Of a DNA stretch of 64,000 bases, positions 12,501 to 26,449 are shown in pieces; within the stretch, counting starts at the first letter, position 1; the number at the start of each line of letters is the position of its first letter. The notes beneath the pieces were generated by a model. That model saw nothing but the letters and a program-made list of their open reading frames with translations. It did no database searches and had not been told where the DNA came from. The DNA comes from Auanema rhodensis (lineage: Eukaryota > Animalia > Nematoda), in NCBI GenBank assembly GCA_964057225.1, contig OZ059898.1:18724001-18788000 (forward strand). The letters are read 5' to 3'. The translations under genes were made by a program, and so were the position numbers.

Positions 12501-15500
12501 ATTAGATTCCCCATGTCCATATTAGTCTAAAAACAAATTTTTATTGATATTGGTGCATGGTAACCATGACTTTGAAATTTACGTGAACTTTAATTTATGC
12601 TAATTAAGTGTACACGTGATGTGCACTTGGTATGTAACTCGCTTCACGTGAAGGATAAAGAGATGCGGTTTTCAAAATTAGATTCCTCATGTTCATATTA
12701 GTCTAAAAACGAATTTTTATTGATATTGATGCATGGTAACCATGACTTTAAAATTTACGTGAACTTTAATTTATGCTAATTAAGTGTACACATGATGTGC
12801 ACTTGGTATGTAACTCGCTTCACGTCAAAGATAAAGAGATGCGGTTTTCAAAATTAGATTCCCCATGTCCATATTAGTCTAAAAACAAATTTTTATCGAT
12901 ATTGGTGCATGGTAACCATGACTTTGAAATTTACGTGAACTTTAATTTATGCTAATTAAGTGTACACATGATGTGCATTTGGTATGTAACTCGCTTCATG
13001 TGAAAGATAAAGAGATGCGGTTTTCAAAATTAGATTCCGCATGTCCATATTAGTCTAAAAACAAATTTTTATTAATATTGGTGCATGGTAACCATGACTT
13101 TGAAATTTACGTGAACTTTAATTTATGCTTATTAAGTGTACACGTGATGTGCACTTGGTATGTAACTCGCTTCACGTGAAAGATAAAGGGATGCGGTTTT
13201 CAAAATTAGATTCCCCATGTCCATATTAGTCTAAAAACAAATTATTATTGATATTGGTGCATGGCAACCATGACTTTAAAATCTACGTGTACTTTAATTT
13301 ATGCTAATTAAGTGTACACATGATGTGCACTTGGTATGTAACTCGCTTCACGTGAAACATAAAGGGATGCGGTTTTCAAAATTAGATTCCCCATGTCCAT
13401 ATTAGTCTAAAAACAAATTATTATTGATATTGGTGCATGGTAACCATGACTTTAAAATTAACGTGAACTTTAATTTATGCTAATTAAGTGTACACATGAT
13501 GTGCACTTGGTATGTAACTCGCTTCACGTCAAAGATAAACAGATGCGGTTTTCAAAATTAGATTCCCCATGTCCATATTAGTCTAAAAACAAATTTTTAT
13601 TGATATTGGTGCATGGTAACCATGACTTTGAAATTTACGTGAAATTTAATTTATGCTAATTAAGTGTACACATGATGTGCACTTGGTATGTAACTCGCTT
13701 CACGTGAAAGATAAAGAGATGCGGTTTTCAAAATTAGATTCCGCATGTCCATATTAGTCTAAAAACAAATTTTTATCGATATTGGTGCATGGTAACCATG
13801 ACTTTGAAATTTACGTGAACTTTAATTTATGCTAATTAAGTGTACACATGATGTGCATTTGGTATGTAACTCGCTTCATGTGAAAGATAAAGAGATGCGG
13901 TTTTCAAAATTAGATTCCGCATGTCCATATTAGTCTAAAAACAAATTTTTATTAATATTGGTGCATGGTAACCATGACTTTGAAATTTACGTGAACTTTA
14001 ATTTATGCTTATTAAGTGTACACGTGATGTGCACTTGGTATGTAACTCGCTTCACGTGAAAGATAAAGGGATGCGGTTTTCAAAATTAGATTCCCCATGT
14101 CCATATTAGTCTAAAAACAAATTATTATTGATATTGGTGCATGGCAACCATGACTTTAAAATCTACGTGTACTTTAATTTATGCTAATTAAGTGTACACA
14201 TGATGTGCACTTGGTATGTAACTCGCTTCACGTGAAACATAAAGGGATGCGGTTTTCAAAATTAGATTCCCCATGTCCATATTAGTCTAAAAACAAATTA
14301 TTATTGATATTGGTGCATGGTAACCATGACTTTAAAATTAACGTGAACTTTAATTTATGCTAATTAAGTGTACACATGATGTGCACTTGGTATGTAACTC
14401 GCTTCACGTCAAAGATAAACAGATGCGGTTTTCAAAATTAGATTCCCCATGTCCATATTAGTCTAAAAACAAATTTTTATTGATATTGGTGCATGGTAAC
14501 CATGACTTTGAAATTTACGTGAAATTTAATTTATGCTAATTAAGTGTACACATGATGTGCACTTGGTATGTAACTCGCTTCACGTGAAAGATAAAGAGAT
14601 GCGGTTTTCAAAATTAGATTCCGCATGTCCATATTAGTCTAAAAACAAATTTTTATTGTTATTGGTGCATGGTAACCATGACTTTGAAATTTACGTGAAC
14701 TTTAATTTATGCTAATTAAGTGTACACATGATGTGCACTTGGTATGTAACTCGCTTCACGTGAAACATAAAGGGATGCGGTTTTCAAAATTAGATTCCCC
14801 ATGTCCATATTAGTCTAAAAACAAATTTTTATTGATATTGGTGCATGGCAACCATGACTTTGAAATTCACGTGTACTTTAATTTATGCTAATTAAGTGTA
14901 CACATGATGTGCACTTGGTATGTAACTCGCTTCACGAGAAAGATAAAAAGGTGCGGTTTTCAAATTTAGATTTCGCGTGTCCATATTAGTCTAAAAACAA
15001 ATTTTTATTGATATTGGTGCATGGTAACCATGACTTTGAAATTTACGTGAACTTTAATTTATGCTAATTAAGTGTACACGTGATGTGCACTTGGTATGTA
15101 ACTCGCTTCACGTGAAAGATAAAGAGATGCGGTTTTCAAAATTAGATTCCGCATGTCCATATTAGTCTAAAAACAAATTTTTATTGATATTGGTGCATGG
15201 TAACCATGACTTTGAAATTTACGTGAACTTTAATTTATGCTAATTAAGTGTACACGTGATGTGCACTTGGAATGTAACTCGCTTCACGTGAAAGATAAAG
15301 AGATGCGGTTTTCAAAATTAGATTCCCCATGTCCATATTAGTCTAAAAACAAATTTTTATTGATATTGGTGCATGGTAACCATGACTTTGAAATTTACGT
15401 GAACTTTAATTTATGCTAATTAAGTGTACACGTGATGTGCACTTGGTATGTAACTCGCTTCACGTGAAAGATAAAGAGATGCGGTTTTCAAAATTAGATT

Positions 15501-18500
15501 CCTCATGTTCATATTAGTCTAAAAACGAATTTTTATTGATATTGATGCATGGTAACCATGACTTTAAAATTTACGTGAACTTTAATTTATGCTAATTAAG
15601 TGTACACATGATGTGCACTTGGTATGTAACTCGCTTCACGTCAAAGATAAAGAGATGCGGTTTTCAAAATTAGATTCCCCATGTCCATATTAGTCTAAAA
15701 ACAAATTTTTATTGATATTGGTGCATGGTAACCATGACTTTGAAATTTACGTGAACTTTAATTTATGCTAATTAAGTGTACACATGATGTGCACTTGGTA
15801 TGTAACTCGCTTCACGAGAAAGATAAAAAGATGCGGTTTTCAAATTTAGATTTCGCGTGTCCATATTAGTCTAAAAACAAATTTTTATTGATATTGGTGC
15901 ATGGTAACCATGACTTTGAAATTTACGTGAACTTTAATTTATGCTAATTAAGTGTACACGTGATGTGCACTTGGTATGTAACTCGCTTCACGTGAAAGAT
16001 AAAGAGATGCGGTTTTCACAATTAGATTCCTCATGTTCATATTAGTCTAAAAACAAATTTTTATTAATATTGGTGCATGGTAACCATGACTTTGAAATTT
16101 ACGTGAACTTTAATTTATGCTAATTAAGTGTACACGTGATGTGCACTTGGTATGTAACTCGCTTCATGTGAAAGATAAAGAGATGCGGTTTTCAAAATTA
16201 GATTCCCCATGTCCATATTAGTCTAAAAACAAATTTTTATCGATATTGGTGCATGGTAACCATGACTTTGAAATTTACGTGAACTTTAATTTATGCTAAT
16301 TAAGTGTACACATGATGTGCATTTGGTATGTAACTCGCTTCATGTGAAAGATAAAGAGATGCGGTTTTCAAAATTAGATTCCGCATGTCCATATTAGTCT
16401 AAAAACAAATTTTTATTAATATTGGTGCATGGTAACCATGACTTTGAAATTTACGTGAACTTTAATTTATGCTAATTAAGTGTACACGTGATGTGCACTT
16501 GGTATGTAACTCGCTTCACGTGAAAGATAAAGAGATGCGGTTTTCACAATTAGATTCCTCATGTTCATATTAGTCTAAAAACAAATTTTTATTAATATTG
16601 GTGCATGGTAACCATGACTTTGAAATTTACGTGAACTTTAATTTATGCTAATTAAGTGTACACGTGATGTGCACTTGGTATGTAACTCGCTTCATGTGAA
16701 AGATAAAGAGATGCGGTTTTCAAAATTAGATTCCTCATGTTCATATTAGTCTAAAAACGAATTTTTATTGATATTGATGCATGGTAACCATGACTTTAAA
16801 ATTTACGTGAACTTTAATTTATGCTAATTAAGTGTACACATGATGTGCACTTGGTATGTAACTCGCTTCACGTCAAAGATAAAGAGATGCGGTTTTCAAA
16901 ATTAGATTCCCCATGTCCAAATTAGTCTAAAAACAAATTTTTATCGATATTGGTGCATGGTAACCATGACTTTGAAATTTACGTGAACTTTAATTTATGC
17001 TAATTAAGTGTACACATGATGTGCATTTGGTATGTAACTCGCTTCACGTGAAAGATAAAGAGATGCGGTTTTCAAAATTAGATTCCGCATGTCCATATTA
17101 GTCTAAAAACAAATTTTTATTGATATTGGTGCATGGCAACCATGACTTTAAAATTTAGGTGTACTTTAATTTATGCTAATTAAGTGTACACGTGATGTGC
17201 ACTTGGTATGTAACTCGCTTCATGTGAAAGATAAAGAGATGCGGTTTTCAAAATTAGATTCCGCATGTCCATATTAGTCTAAAAACAAATTTTTATTAAT
17301 ATTGGTGCATGGTAACCATGACTTTGAAATTTACGTGAACTTTAATTTATGCTTATTAAGTGTACACGTGATGTGCACTTGGTATGTAACTCGCTTCACG
17401 TGAAAGATAAAGGGATGCGGTTTTCAAAATTAGATTCCCCATGTCCATATTAGTCTAAAAACAAATTATTATTGATATTGGTGCATGGCAACCATGACTT
17501 TAAAATCTACGTGTACTTTAATTTATGCTAATTAAGTGTACACATGATGTGCACTTGGTATGTAACTCGCTTCACGTGAAACATAAAGGGATGCGGTTTT
17601 CAAAATTAGATTCCCCATGTCCATATTAGTCTAAAAACAAATTATTATTGATATTGGTGCATGGTAACCATGACTTTAAAATTAACGTGAACTTTAATTT
17701 ATGCTAATTAAGTGTACACATGATGTGCACTTGGTATGTAACTCGCTTCACGTCAAAGATAAACAGATGCGGTTTTCAAAATTAGATTCCCCATGTCCAT
17801 ATTAGTCTAAAAACAAATTTTTATTGATATTGGTGCATGGTAACCATGACTTTGAAATTTACGTGAAATTTAATTTATGCTAATTAAGTGTACACATGAT
17901 GTGCACTTGGTATGTAACTCGCTTCACGTGAAAGATAAAGAGATGCGGTTTTCAAAATTAGATTCCGCATGTCCATATTAGTCTAAAAACAAATTTTTAT
18001 TGTTATTGGTGCATGGTAACCATGACTTTGAAATTTACGTGAACTTTAATTTATGCTAATTAAGTGTACACGTGATGTGCACTTGGTATGTAACTCGCTT
18101 CACGTGAAAGATAAAGAGATGCGGTTTTCAAAATTAGATTCCCCATGTCCATATTAGTCTAAAAACAAATTTTTATTGATATTGGTGCATGGCAACCATG
18201 ACTTTGAAATTTACGTGTACTTTAATTTATGCTAATTAAGTGTACACATGATGTGCACTTGGTATGTAACTCGCTTCACGAGAAAGATAAAAAGGTGCGG
18301 TTTTCAAATTTAGATTTCGCGTGTCCATATTAGTCTAAAAACAAATTTTTATTGATATTGGTGCATGGTAACCATGACTTTGAAATTTACGTGAACTTTA
18401 ATTTATGCTAATTAAGTGTACACGTGATGTGCACTTGGAATGTAACTCGCTTCACGTGAAAGATAAAGAGATGCGGTTTTCAAAATTAGATTCCCCATGT

Positions 18501-21500
18501 CCATATTAGTCTAAAAACAAATTTTTATTGATATTGGTGCATGGTAACCATGACTTTGAAATTTACGTGAACTTTAATTTATGCTAATTAAGTGTACACG
18601 TGATGTGCAGTTGGTATGTAACTCGCTTCACGAGAAAGATAAAAAGGTGCGGTTTTCAAATTTAGATTTCGCGTGTCCATATTAGTCTAAAAACAAATTT
18701 TTATTGATATTGGTGCATGGTAACCATGACTTTGAAATTTACGTGAACTTTAATTTATGCTAATTAAGTGTACACGTGATGTGCACTTGGTATGTAACTC
18801 GCTTCACGAGAAAGATAAAGAGATGCGGTTTTCAAAATTAGATTCCCCATGTCCATATTATTCTAAAAACAAATTTTTATTGATATTGGTGCATGGTAAC
18901 CATGACTTTGAAATTTACGTGAACTTTAATTTATGCTAATTAAGTGTACACGTGATGTGCACTTGGTATGTAACTCGCTTCACGAGAAAGATAAAAAGGT
19001 GCGGTTTTCAAATTTAGATTTCGCGTGTCCATATTAGTCTAAAAACAAATTTTTATTGATATTGGTGCATGGTAACCATGACTTTGAAATTTACGTGAAC
19101 TTTAATTTATGCTAATTAAGTGTACACGTGATGTGCACTTGGTATGTAACTCGCTTCACGAGAAAGATAAAAAGGTGCGGTTTTCAAATTTAGATTTCGC
19201 GTGTCCATATTAGTCTAAAAACAAATTTTTATTGATATTGGTGCATGGTAACCATGACTTTGAAATTTACGTGAACTTTAATTTATGCTAATTAAGTGTA
19301 CACGTGATGTGCACTTGGTATGTAACTCGCTTCACGAGAAAGATAAAGAGATGCGGTTTTCAAAATTAGATTCCCCATGTCCATATTAGTCTAAAAACAA
19401 ATTTTTATTGATATTGGTGCATGGTAACCATGACTTTGAAATTTACGTGAACTTTAATTTATGCTAATTAAGTGTACACGTGATGTGCACTTGGTATGTA
19501 ACTCGCTTCACGTGAAGGATAAAGAGATGCGGTTTTCAAAATTAGATTCCTCATGTTCATATTAGTCTAAAAACGAATTTTTATTGATATTGATGCATGG
19601 TAACCATGACTTTAAAATTTACGTGAACTTTAATTTATGCTAATTAAGTGTACACATGATGTGCACTTGGTATGTAACTCGCTTCACGTCAAAGATAAAG
19701 AGATGCGGTTTTCAAAATTAGATTCCCCATGTCCATATTAGTCTAAAAACAAATTTTTATCGATATTGGTGCATGGTAACCATGACTTTGAAATTTACGT
19801 GAACTTTAATTTATGCTAATTAAGTGTACACATGATGTGCATTTGGTATGTAACTCGCTTCATGTGAAAGATAAAGAGATGCGGTTTTCAAAATTAGATT
19901 CCGCATGTCCATATTAGTCTAAAAACAAATTTTTATTAATATTGGTGCATGGTAACCATGACTTTGAAATTTACGTGAACTTTAATTTATGCTTATTAAG
20001 TGTACACGTGATGTGCACTTGGTATGTAACTCGCTTCACGTGAAAGATAAAGGGATGCGGTTTTCAAAATTAGATTCCCCATGTCCATATTAGTCTAAAA
20101 ACAAATTATTATTGATATTGGTGCATGGCAACCATGACTTTAAAATCTACGTGTACTTTAATTTATGCTAATTAAGTGTACACATGATGTGCACTTGGTA
20201 TGTAACTCGCTTCACGTGAAACATAAAGGGATGCGGTTTTCAAAATTAGATTCCCCATGTCCATATTAGTCTAAAAACAAATTATTATTGATATTGGTGC
20301 ATGGTAACCATGACTTTAAAATTAACGTGAACTTTAATTTATGCTAATTAAGTGTACACATGATGTGCACTTGGTATGTAACTCGCTTCACGTCAAAGAT
20401 AAACAGATGCGGTTTTCAAAATTAGATTCCCCATGTCCATATTAGTCTAAAAACAAATTTTTATTGATATTGGTGCATGGTAACCATGACTTTGAAATTT
20501 ACGTGAAATTTAATTTATGCTAATTAAGTGTACACATGATGTGCACTTGGTATGTAACTCGCTTCACGTGAAAGATAAAGAGATGCGGTTTTCAAAATTA
20601 GATTCCGCATGTCCATATTAGTCTAAAAACAAATTTTTATTGTTATTGGTGCATGGTAACCATGACTTTGAAATTTACGTGAACTTTAATTTATGCTAAT
20701 TAAGTGTACACATGATGTGCACTTGGTATGTAACTCGCTTCACGTGAAACATAAAGGGATGCGGTTTTCAAAATTAGATTCCCCATGTCCATATTAGTCT
20801 AAAAACAAATTTTTATTGATATTGGTGCATGGCAACCATGACTTTGAAATTCACGTGTACTTTAATTTATGCTAATTAAGTGTACACATGATGTGCACTT
20901 GGTATGTAACTCGCTTCACGAGAAAGATAAAAAGGTGCGGTTTTCAAATTTAGATTTCGCGTGTCCATATTAGTCTAAAAACAAATTTTTATTGATATTG
21001 GTGCATGGTAACCATGACTTTGAAATTTACGTGAACTTTAATTTATGCTAATTAAGTGTACACGTGATGTGCACTTGGTATGTAACTCGCTTCACGTGAA
21101 AGATAAAGAGATGCGGTTTTCAAAATTAGATTCCGCATGTCCATATTAGTCTAAAAACAAATTTTTATTGATATTGGTGCATGGTAACCATGACTTTGAA
21201 ATTTACGTGAACTTTAATTTATGCTAATTAAGTGTACACGTGATGTGCACTTGGAATGTAACTCGCTTCACGTGAAAGATAAAGAGATGCGGTTTTCAAA
21301 ATTAGATTCCCCATGTCCATATTAGTCTAAAAACAAATTTTTATTGATATTGGTGCATGGTAACCATGACTTTGAAATTTACGTGAACTTTAATTTATGC
21401 TAATTAAGTGTACACGTGATGTGCACTTGGTATGTAACTCGCTTCACGTGAAAGATAAAGAGATGCGGTTTTCAAAATTAGATTCCTCATGTTCATATTA

Positions 21501-22105
21501 GTCTAAAAACGAATTTTTATTGATATTGATGCATGGTAACCATGACTTTAAAATTTACGTGAACTTTAATTTATGCTAATTAAGTGTACACATGATGTGC
21601 ACTTGGTATGTAACTCGCTTCACGTCAAAGATAAAGAGATGCGGTTTTCAAAATTAGATTCCCCATGTCCATATTAGTCTAAAAACAAATTTTTATTGAT
21701 ATTGGTGCATGGTAACCATGACTTTGAAATTTACGTGAACTTTAATTTATGCTAATTAAGTGTACACATGATGTGCACTTGGTATGTAACTCGCTTCACG
21801 AGAAAGATAAAAAGATGCGGTTTTCAAATTTAGATTTCGCGTGTCCATATTAGTCTAAAAACAAATTTTTATTGATATTGGTGCATGGTAACCATGACTT
21901 TGAAATTTACGTGAACTTTAATTTATGCTAATTAAGTGTACACGTGATGTGCACTTGGTATGTAACTCGCTTCACGTGAAAGATAAAGAGATGCGGTTTT
22001 CACAATTAGATTCCTCATGTTCATATTAGTCTAAAAACAAATTTTTATTAATATTGGTGCATGGTAACCATGACTTTGAAATTTACGTGAACTTTAATTT
22101 ATGCT
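544..22105. repeat. HOR domain 1: about three copies of a 34-monomer core unit, with observed periods of 45 and 39 monomers
   Basis: Private variants recur at offsets of 7920 then 6864: TATTATTCT (~4072, ~11992, ~18856), GTGCAGTTGG (3821, 11741, 18605) and AAGGATAAAG (4731, 12651, 19515). GTCCAAATTA lies at 2131, 8115, 10051 and 16915, giving spacings of 5984, 1936 and 6864 bp (34, 11 and 39 monomers). Confidence 0.85.
12897..14656. repeat. Local 5-monomer (880 bp) tandem duplication inside HOR domain 1
   Basis: TTTTATCGAT occurs at 12891 and 13771, each followed by the same variant series (GCTTATTA, AAAGGG, ATCTACG, AAACAT, AAACAG). The offset to the first HOR copy changes from 7920 to 8800 across this block (TGAAATTCAC 6061 vs 14861). 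Confidence 0.85.
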
Positions 22106-25100
22106 TATTAAGTGTACACGTGATGTGCACTTGGTATGTAACTCGCTTCACGTGAAAGATAAAGGGATGCGGTTTTCAAAATTAGATTCCCCATGTCCAT
22201 ATTAGTCTAAAAACAAATTTTTATTGATATTGGTGCATGGTAACCATGACTTTGAAATTTACGTGAACTTTAATTTATGCTAATTAAGTGTACACATGAT
22301 GTGCACTTGGTATGTAACTCGCTTCACGAGAAAGATAAAAAGATGCGGTTTTCAAATTTAGATTTCGCGTGTCCATATTAGTCTAAAAACAAATTTTTAT
22401 TGATATTGGTGCATGGTAACCATGACTTTGAAATTTACGTGAACTTTAATTTATGCTAATTAAGTGTACACGTGATGTGCACTTGGTATGTAACTCGCTT
22501 CACGTGAAAGATAAAGAGATGCGGTTTTCAAAATTAGATTCCTCATGTTCATATTAGTCTAAAAACGAATTTTTATTGATATTGATGCATGGTAACCATG
22601 ACTTTAAAATTTACGTGAACTTTAATTTATGCTAATTAAGTGTACACATGATGTGCACTTGGTATGTAACTCGCTTCACGTCAAAGATAAAGAGATGCGG
22701 TTTTCAAAATTAGATTCCCCATGTCCATATTAGTCTAAAAACAAATTTTTATCGATATTGGTGCATGGTAACCATGACTTTGAAATTTACGTGAACTTTA
22801 ATTTATGCTAATTAAGTGTACACGTGATGTGCACTTGGTATGTAACTCGCTTCACGTGAAAGATAAAGAGATGCGGTTTTCAAAATTAGATTCCGCATGT
22901 CCATATTAGTCTAAAAACAAATTTTTATTGATATTGGTGCATGGTAACCATGACTTTGAAATTTACGTGAACTTTAATTTATGCTAATTAAGTGTACACA
23001 TGATGTGCACTTGGTATGTAACTCGCTTCACGTGAAAGATAAAGAGATGCGGTTTTCAAAATTAGATTCCGCATGTCCATATTAGTCTAAAAACAAATTT
23101 TTATTGATATTGGTGCATGGTAACCATGACTTTGAAATTTACGTGAACTTTAATTTATGCTAATTAAGTGTACACATGATGTGCACTTGGTATGTAACTC
23201 GCTTCACGAGAAAGATAAAAAGGTGCGGTTTTCAAATTTAGATTTCGCGTGTCCATATTAGTCTAAAAACAAATTTTTATTGTTATTGGTGCATGGTAAC
23301 CATGACTTTGAAATTTACGTGAACTTTAATTTATGCTAATTAAGTGTACACGTGATGTGCACTTGGTATGTAACTCGCTTCACGTGAAAGATAAAGAGAT
23401 GCGGTTTTCAAAATTAGATTCCCCATGTCCATATTAGTCTAAAAACAAATTTTTATTGATATTGGTGCATGGCAACCATGACTTTGAAATTTACGTGTAC
23501 TTTAATTTATGCTAATTAAGTGTACACATGATGTGCACTTGGTATGTAACTCGCTTCACGAGAAAGATAAAAAGGTGCGGTTTTCAAATTTAGATTTCAC
23601 GTGTCCATATTAGTCTAAAAACAAATTTTTATTGATATTGGTGCATGGTAACCATGACTTTGAAATTTACGTGAACTTTAATTTATGCTAATTAAGTGTA
23701 CACGTGATGTGCACTTGGTATGTAACTCGCTTCACGTGAAAGATAAAGAGATGCGGTTTTCAAAATTAGATTCCGCATGTCCATATTAGTCTAAAAACAA
23801 ATTTTTATTGATATTGGTGCATGGTAACCATGACTTTGAAATTTACGTGAACTTTAATTTATGCTAATTAAGTGTACACGTGATGTGCACTTGGTATGTA
23901 ACTCGCTTCACGAGAAAGATAAAAAGATGCGGTTTTCAAATTTAGATTTCGCGTGTCCATATTAGTCTAAAAACAAATTTTTATTGATATTGGTGCATGG
24001 TAACCATGACTTTGAAATTTACGTGAACTTTAATTTATGCTAATTAAGTGTACACGTGATGTGCACTTGGTATGTAACTCGCTTCACGTGAAAGATAAAG
24101 AGATGCGGTTTTCAAAATTAGATTCCTCATGTTCATATTAGTCTAAAAACGAATTTTTATTGATATTGATGCATGGTAACCATGACTTTGAAATTTACGT
24201 GAACTTTAATTTATGCTAATTAAGTGTACACGTGATGTGCACTTGGTATGTAACTCGCTTCACGTGAAAGATAAAGAGATGCGATTTTCAAAATTAGATT
24301 CCTCATGTTCATATTAGTCTAAAAACGAATTTTTATTGATATTGATGCATGGTAACCATGACTTTAAAATTTACGTGAACTTTAATTTATGCTAATTAAG
24401 TGTACACATGATGTGCACTTGGTATGTAACTCGCTTCACGTCAAAGATAAAGAGATGCGGTTTTCAAAATTAGATTCCCCATGTCCATATTAGTCTAAAA
24501 ACAAATTTTTATCGATATTGGTGCATGGTAACCATGACTTTGAAATTTACGTGAACTTTAATTTATGCTAATTAAGTGTACACATGATGTGCATTTGGTA
24601 TGTAACTCGCTTCACGTGAAAGATAAAGAGATGCGGTTTTCAAAATTAGATTCCGCATGTCCATATTAGTCTAAAAACAAATTTTTATTGATATTGGTGC
24701 ATGGTAACCATGACTTTGAAATTTACGTGAACTTTAATTTATGCTAATTAAGTGTACACGTGATGTGCACTTGGTATGTAACTCGCTTCACGTGAAAGAT
24801 AAAGAGATGCGGTTTTCAAAATTAGATTCCGCATGTCCATATTAGTCTAAAAACAAATTTTTATTGATATTGGTGCATGGTAACCATGACTTTGAAATTT
24901 ACGTGAACTTTAATTTATGCTAATTAAGTGTACACATGATGTGCACTTGGTATGTAACTCGCTTCACGTGAAAGATAAAGAGATGCGGTTTTCAAAATTA
25001 GATTCCGCATGTCCATATTAGTCTAAAAACAAATTTTTATTGATATTGGTGCATGGTAACCATGACTTTGAAATTTACGTGAACTTTAATTTATGCTAAT

Positions 25101-26449
25101 TAAGTGTACACGTGATGTGCACTTGGTATGTAACTCGCTTCACGTGAAAGATAAAGAGATGCGGTTTTCAAAATTAGATTCCCCATGTCCATATTAGTCT
25201 AAAAACAAATTTTTATTGATATTGGTGCATGGTAACCATGACTTTGAAATTTACGTGAACTTTAATTTATGCTAATTAAGTGTACACATGATGTGCACTT
25301 GGTATGTAACTCGCTTCACGAGAAAGATAAAAAGATGCGGTTTTCAAATTTCGATTTAGCGTGTCCATATTAGTCTAAAAACAAATTTTTATTGATATTG
25401 GTGCATGGTAACCATGACTTTGAAATTTACGTGAACTTTAATTTATGCTAATTAAGTGTACACGTGATGTGCACTTGGTATGTAACTCGCTTCACGTGAA
25501 AGATAAAGAGATGCGGTTTTCAAAATTAGATTCCCCATGTCCATATTAGTCTAAAAACATATTTTTATTGATATTGGTGCATGGTAACCATGACTTTAAA
25601 ATTTACGTGTACTTTAATTTATGCTAATTAAGTGTACACATGATGTGCACTTGGTATGTAACTCGCTTCACGTGAAAGATAAAGAGATGCGGTTTTCAAA
25701 ATTAGATTCCCCATGTCCATATTAGTCTAAAAACAAATTTTTATTGATATTGGTGCATGGCAACCATGACTTTAAAATTTACGTGTACTTTAATTTATGC
25801 TAATTAAGTGTACACATGATGTGCACTTGGTATGTAACTCGCTTCACGTGAAAGATAAAGTGATGCGGTTTTCAAAATTAGATTCCGCATGTCCATATTA
25901 GTCTAAAAACAAATTTTTATTGATATTGGTGCATGGTAACCATGACTTTGAAATTTACGTGAACTTTAATTTATGCTAATTAAGTGTACACATGATGTGC
26001 ACTTGGTATGTAACTCGCTTCACGTGAAAGATAAAGAGATGCGGTTTTCAAAATTAGATTCCGCATGTCCATATTAGTCTAAAAACAAATTTTTATTGAT
26101 ATTGGTGCATGGTAACCATGACTTTGAAATTTACGTGAACTTTAATTTATGCTAATTAAGTGTACACGTGATGTGCACTTGGTATGTAACTCGCTTCACG
26201 TGAAAGATAAAGAGATGCGGTTTTCAAAATTAGATTCCCCATGTCCATATTAGTCTAAAAACAAATTTTTATTGATATTGGTGCATGGTAACCATGACTT
26301 TGAAATTTACGTGAACTTTAATTTATGCTAATTAAGTGTACACATGATGTGCACTTGGTATGTTACTCGCTTCACGAGAAAGATAAAAAGATGCGGTTTT
26401 CAAATTTCGATTTCGCGTGTCCATATTAGTCTAAAAACAAATTTTTATT

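Noticed and set aside
544-17297. Near-identical multi-kb copies as a pure assembly artefact
   Set aside because: The copies differ by a SNP (2721 vs 10641) and by in-register 5- and 11-monomer changes, which fits real array evolution better. It cannot be fully excluded without reads.
3973-18939. Three identical 60-aa ORFs (3973, 11893, 18757)
   Set aside because: They reflect one TAG>TAT substitution copied by the domain 1 HOR duplication. They are useful as markers only. Ribo-seq or proteomic evidence would be needed to reconsider.
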